Source: Podarcis pityusensis
Lineage: Eukaryota
Assembly: GCA_964106645.2 (NCBI GenBank)
Contig: OZ067040.1
Reading direction: 5' to 3' (one strand)
DNA: 64,000 nt
Shown: positions 62,320-64,000 of the stretch, in pieces
Layout: each line of letters begins with the position of its first letter
Position numbering within the stretch: the first letter of the stretch is position 1
Made by a program: the position numbers and the translations under genes
Notes under the pieces: model-generated
What the model was told of the DNA's origin: nothing
The model's database searches: none
What the model saw: the letters and a program-made list of their open reading frames with translations, nothing else

Positions 62320-62800
62320 TTCGACCACCTTGGTCATATCAACCAAAGAAAAGGAAAATAATATAAACTGATAAAATCTTGAAGAACAGTGTGCACCAAA
62401 GTATGCCTTTATATTAAAATATGTCAAAATACCAATAATAACATAATATGTATGCAAAGGTTAAAAAAGAAAAAAAGAAAATCTATATCAAAATACAAGT
62501 GGTTAAGCAAATTTTACATTTTAAAGCATCCAGGTAACTTTCTAAATTAAATCATCCAATTAAATAATTGCATTTACTGTATTAGCCTTGATAAAAATTC
62601 TCCTCAGCTTTTGAGCTGCCACTGCAAATCTTGTAGCTCTGTCACAAATTTGTCACACTTGGACAACAAATATGTAATTTTTTCTGCATCATCAGGTATC
62701 TTACTTAACAATTTCACGATAAACTTTGCTCTTAGTTCAGAATACAATGAACAGTCTAGTAAATAATGATAAAGATCTACTTTATGTACTTGGGCACCAC
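62320..62800 (-). mobile_element. Decayed non-LTR retrotransposon 3' end with C-terminal zinc-knuckle remnant (RTEX/L1-like)
   Basis: Minus-strand translation CGAQVHKVDLYHYLLDCSLYSELRAKFI fits the D-x2-H-x-L-L-x-C-x2-Y-x3-R motif; AT-rich 3' UTR follows. Confidence 0.55.
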
Positions 62801-63099
62801 ATTCTGAAATCCATGTGATAAGTTAAGAAAATGCAACTGAGGAGGATTGTGCAGTATGTCTCTGAGGCACTGACTGCATTTTATTTCTAATCATTTCTGA
62901 AGCAACTCGGTTTATAGTTATCATGCACTCGCTCCTTGGAAAATGACCTTTTGTCTCATCCTTGAAGATATCCCAAAGTTATTCTCAAGAGAACTAGAAC
63001 ATTTCTTACAGTGCCGTACCATCCTTCAGCCAGGCAAGAAAGAGGCATTATTACTGTTGAAGGACACATTCCAGCCAGGCAAAAGCCCTAAAAGAAAGT

Positions 63100-63460
63100 G
63101 GAGAGCAGGACTGGTGGGGGAGTTTAGCCTTGGAGAGACCTAGGAGATCAGGGTTCAAGTTCAGGCATAGGCAAACTCCGGCCCTCCAGATGTTCGGGAC
63201 TACAATTCCCATCATCCCTGACCACTGGTCCTGTTTGCTAGGGTATAATGGGAATTGTAGTCCCAAACATCTGAAGGGCCGGAGTTTGCCTGTGCCTGGT
63301 TCAAACCTTTACTCAGCCATGAAGCTCACTGGGTGGACTTAGGCCCATCAAGCTCATTCAGTCTAACACACCTCACAGGGTTGTTGCGATGATGAAATGG
63401 GGACATGGAGAAGCATGTAGTCCACATTCAGTGACCTCATTCCAAAGGAGACTGAACTCA
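63100..63460 (+). mobile_element. Old CORE-type SINE interrupted by a young hAT MITE (63162-63298)
   Basis: gacctaggagatcagggttcaa|MITE|..actcagccatgaagctcactgggtg..cacctcacagggttgttg; the MITE is the 5366 family with CAGGCATAGGCAAACTC TIRs. Confidence 0.8.
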
Positions 63461-64000
63461 GGTAAACACTGCAATGCACTCTTGAAACATCTCACCAGTG
63501 GCTATCTTCTGCAGCCTACTGTTCCTCTCTTGTATTGCAAAGACAGCTACTTCTGGCACTGGATTTAAGAAAGCACAATGACAATACCAGCACCAATCCT
63601 GAAGGTTCATTGGATATGTAATTTCAGCATGTGGAAAAGTCCCCAAAATGTGGTGACTTTTTTTCTGCAAAAATGGACGGAACTTGGAGCACACTTGCCT
63701 TTTTCACTCCCACTCTTATAGGGCATTTGATTTTCCTGCTATTCATCAACAAAGTTTTTAATTTATCAGTCCCAGAATGCTATCTCCTGAATGGCTGCTT
63801 CACTCCCATGCCAAATAGAAGCTATGGGTGTGTGGTTTCATCAGGACTATGGGATGGGAAGAAGAGTTAGCCCCCACTTTGTGCGATGGAGTCTGACTCC
63901 TGAGGCCCCTTATAGCTGCTCTGAATTTTTTTAGAAAGAATTCTACAATACCTACCTATGTCTAATGTAAGGTGTAGTTTGGTCAAAGGTAAAACTAGGA

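Noticed and set aside
1-64000. CRISPR arrays, prokaryotic systems or intact autonomous transposon/viral genes
   Set aside because: Spliced vertebrate locus; repeated units are dispersed MITEs and SINEs, and all RT-coding pieces are truncated

Overview
Vertebrate nuclear DNA from a squamate reptile, most likely a lacertid lizard (inferred from Sauria SINEs, a POM/Squam3-type SINE, BovB, CR1 and L2 LINE fragments and lizard-type MITEs). Two convergent protein-coding genes can be fully reconstructed by hand. CYP1B1 is on + (3 exons: 17325-17362, 20782-21777, 24019-24625; 546 aa). RMDN2/FAM82A1 is on - (10 coding exons from 59950 down to 37867; 418 aa). Both have CpG-island promoters, and the tail-to-tail order matches mammals. 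The rest is introns and intergenic DNA rich in transposon relics, with two N gaps. The strongest non-coding signal is in the distal CYP1B1 3' UTR at 27028-27052: a near-perfect miR-27b-3p site with seed pairing, a 5-nt bulge and 13 contiguous 3' pairs. This is the geometry of target-directed miRNA degradation (TDMD) triggers, and it sits downstream of several proximal poly(A) signals in an AhR-inducible mRNA. Other notable items: CYP1B1 appears to start at an ATG in exon 1 because exon 2 has GTG at the mammalian start position; a 5-aa C-D loop deletion in CYP1B1; proximal and distal AhR (XRE) clusters; three CTCF-like sites sharing an identical 12-mer; tandem decayed Penelope-type hammerhead motifs at the window start; and a young CR1 nested in BovB. 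Repeat family names and comparisons with other species are from recall, not from searches.
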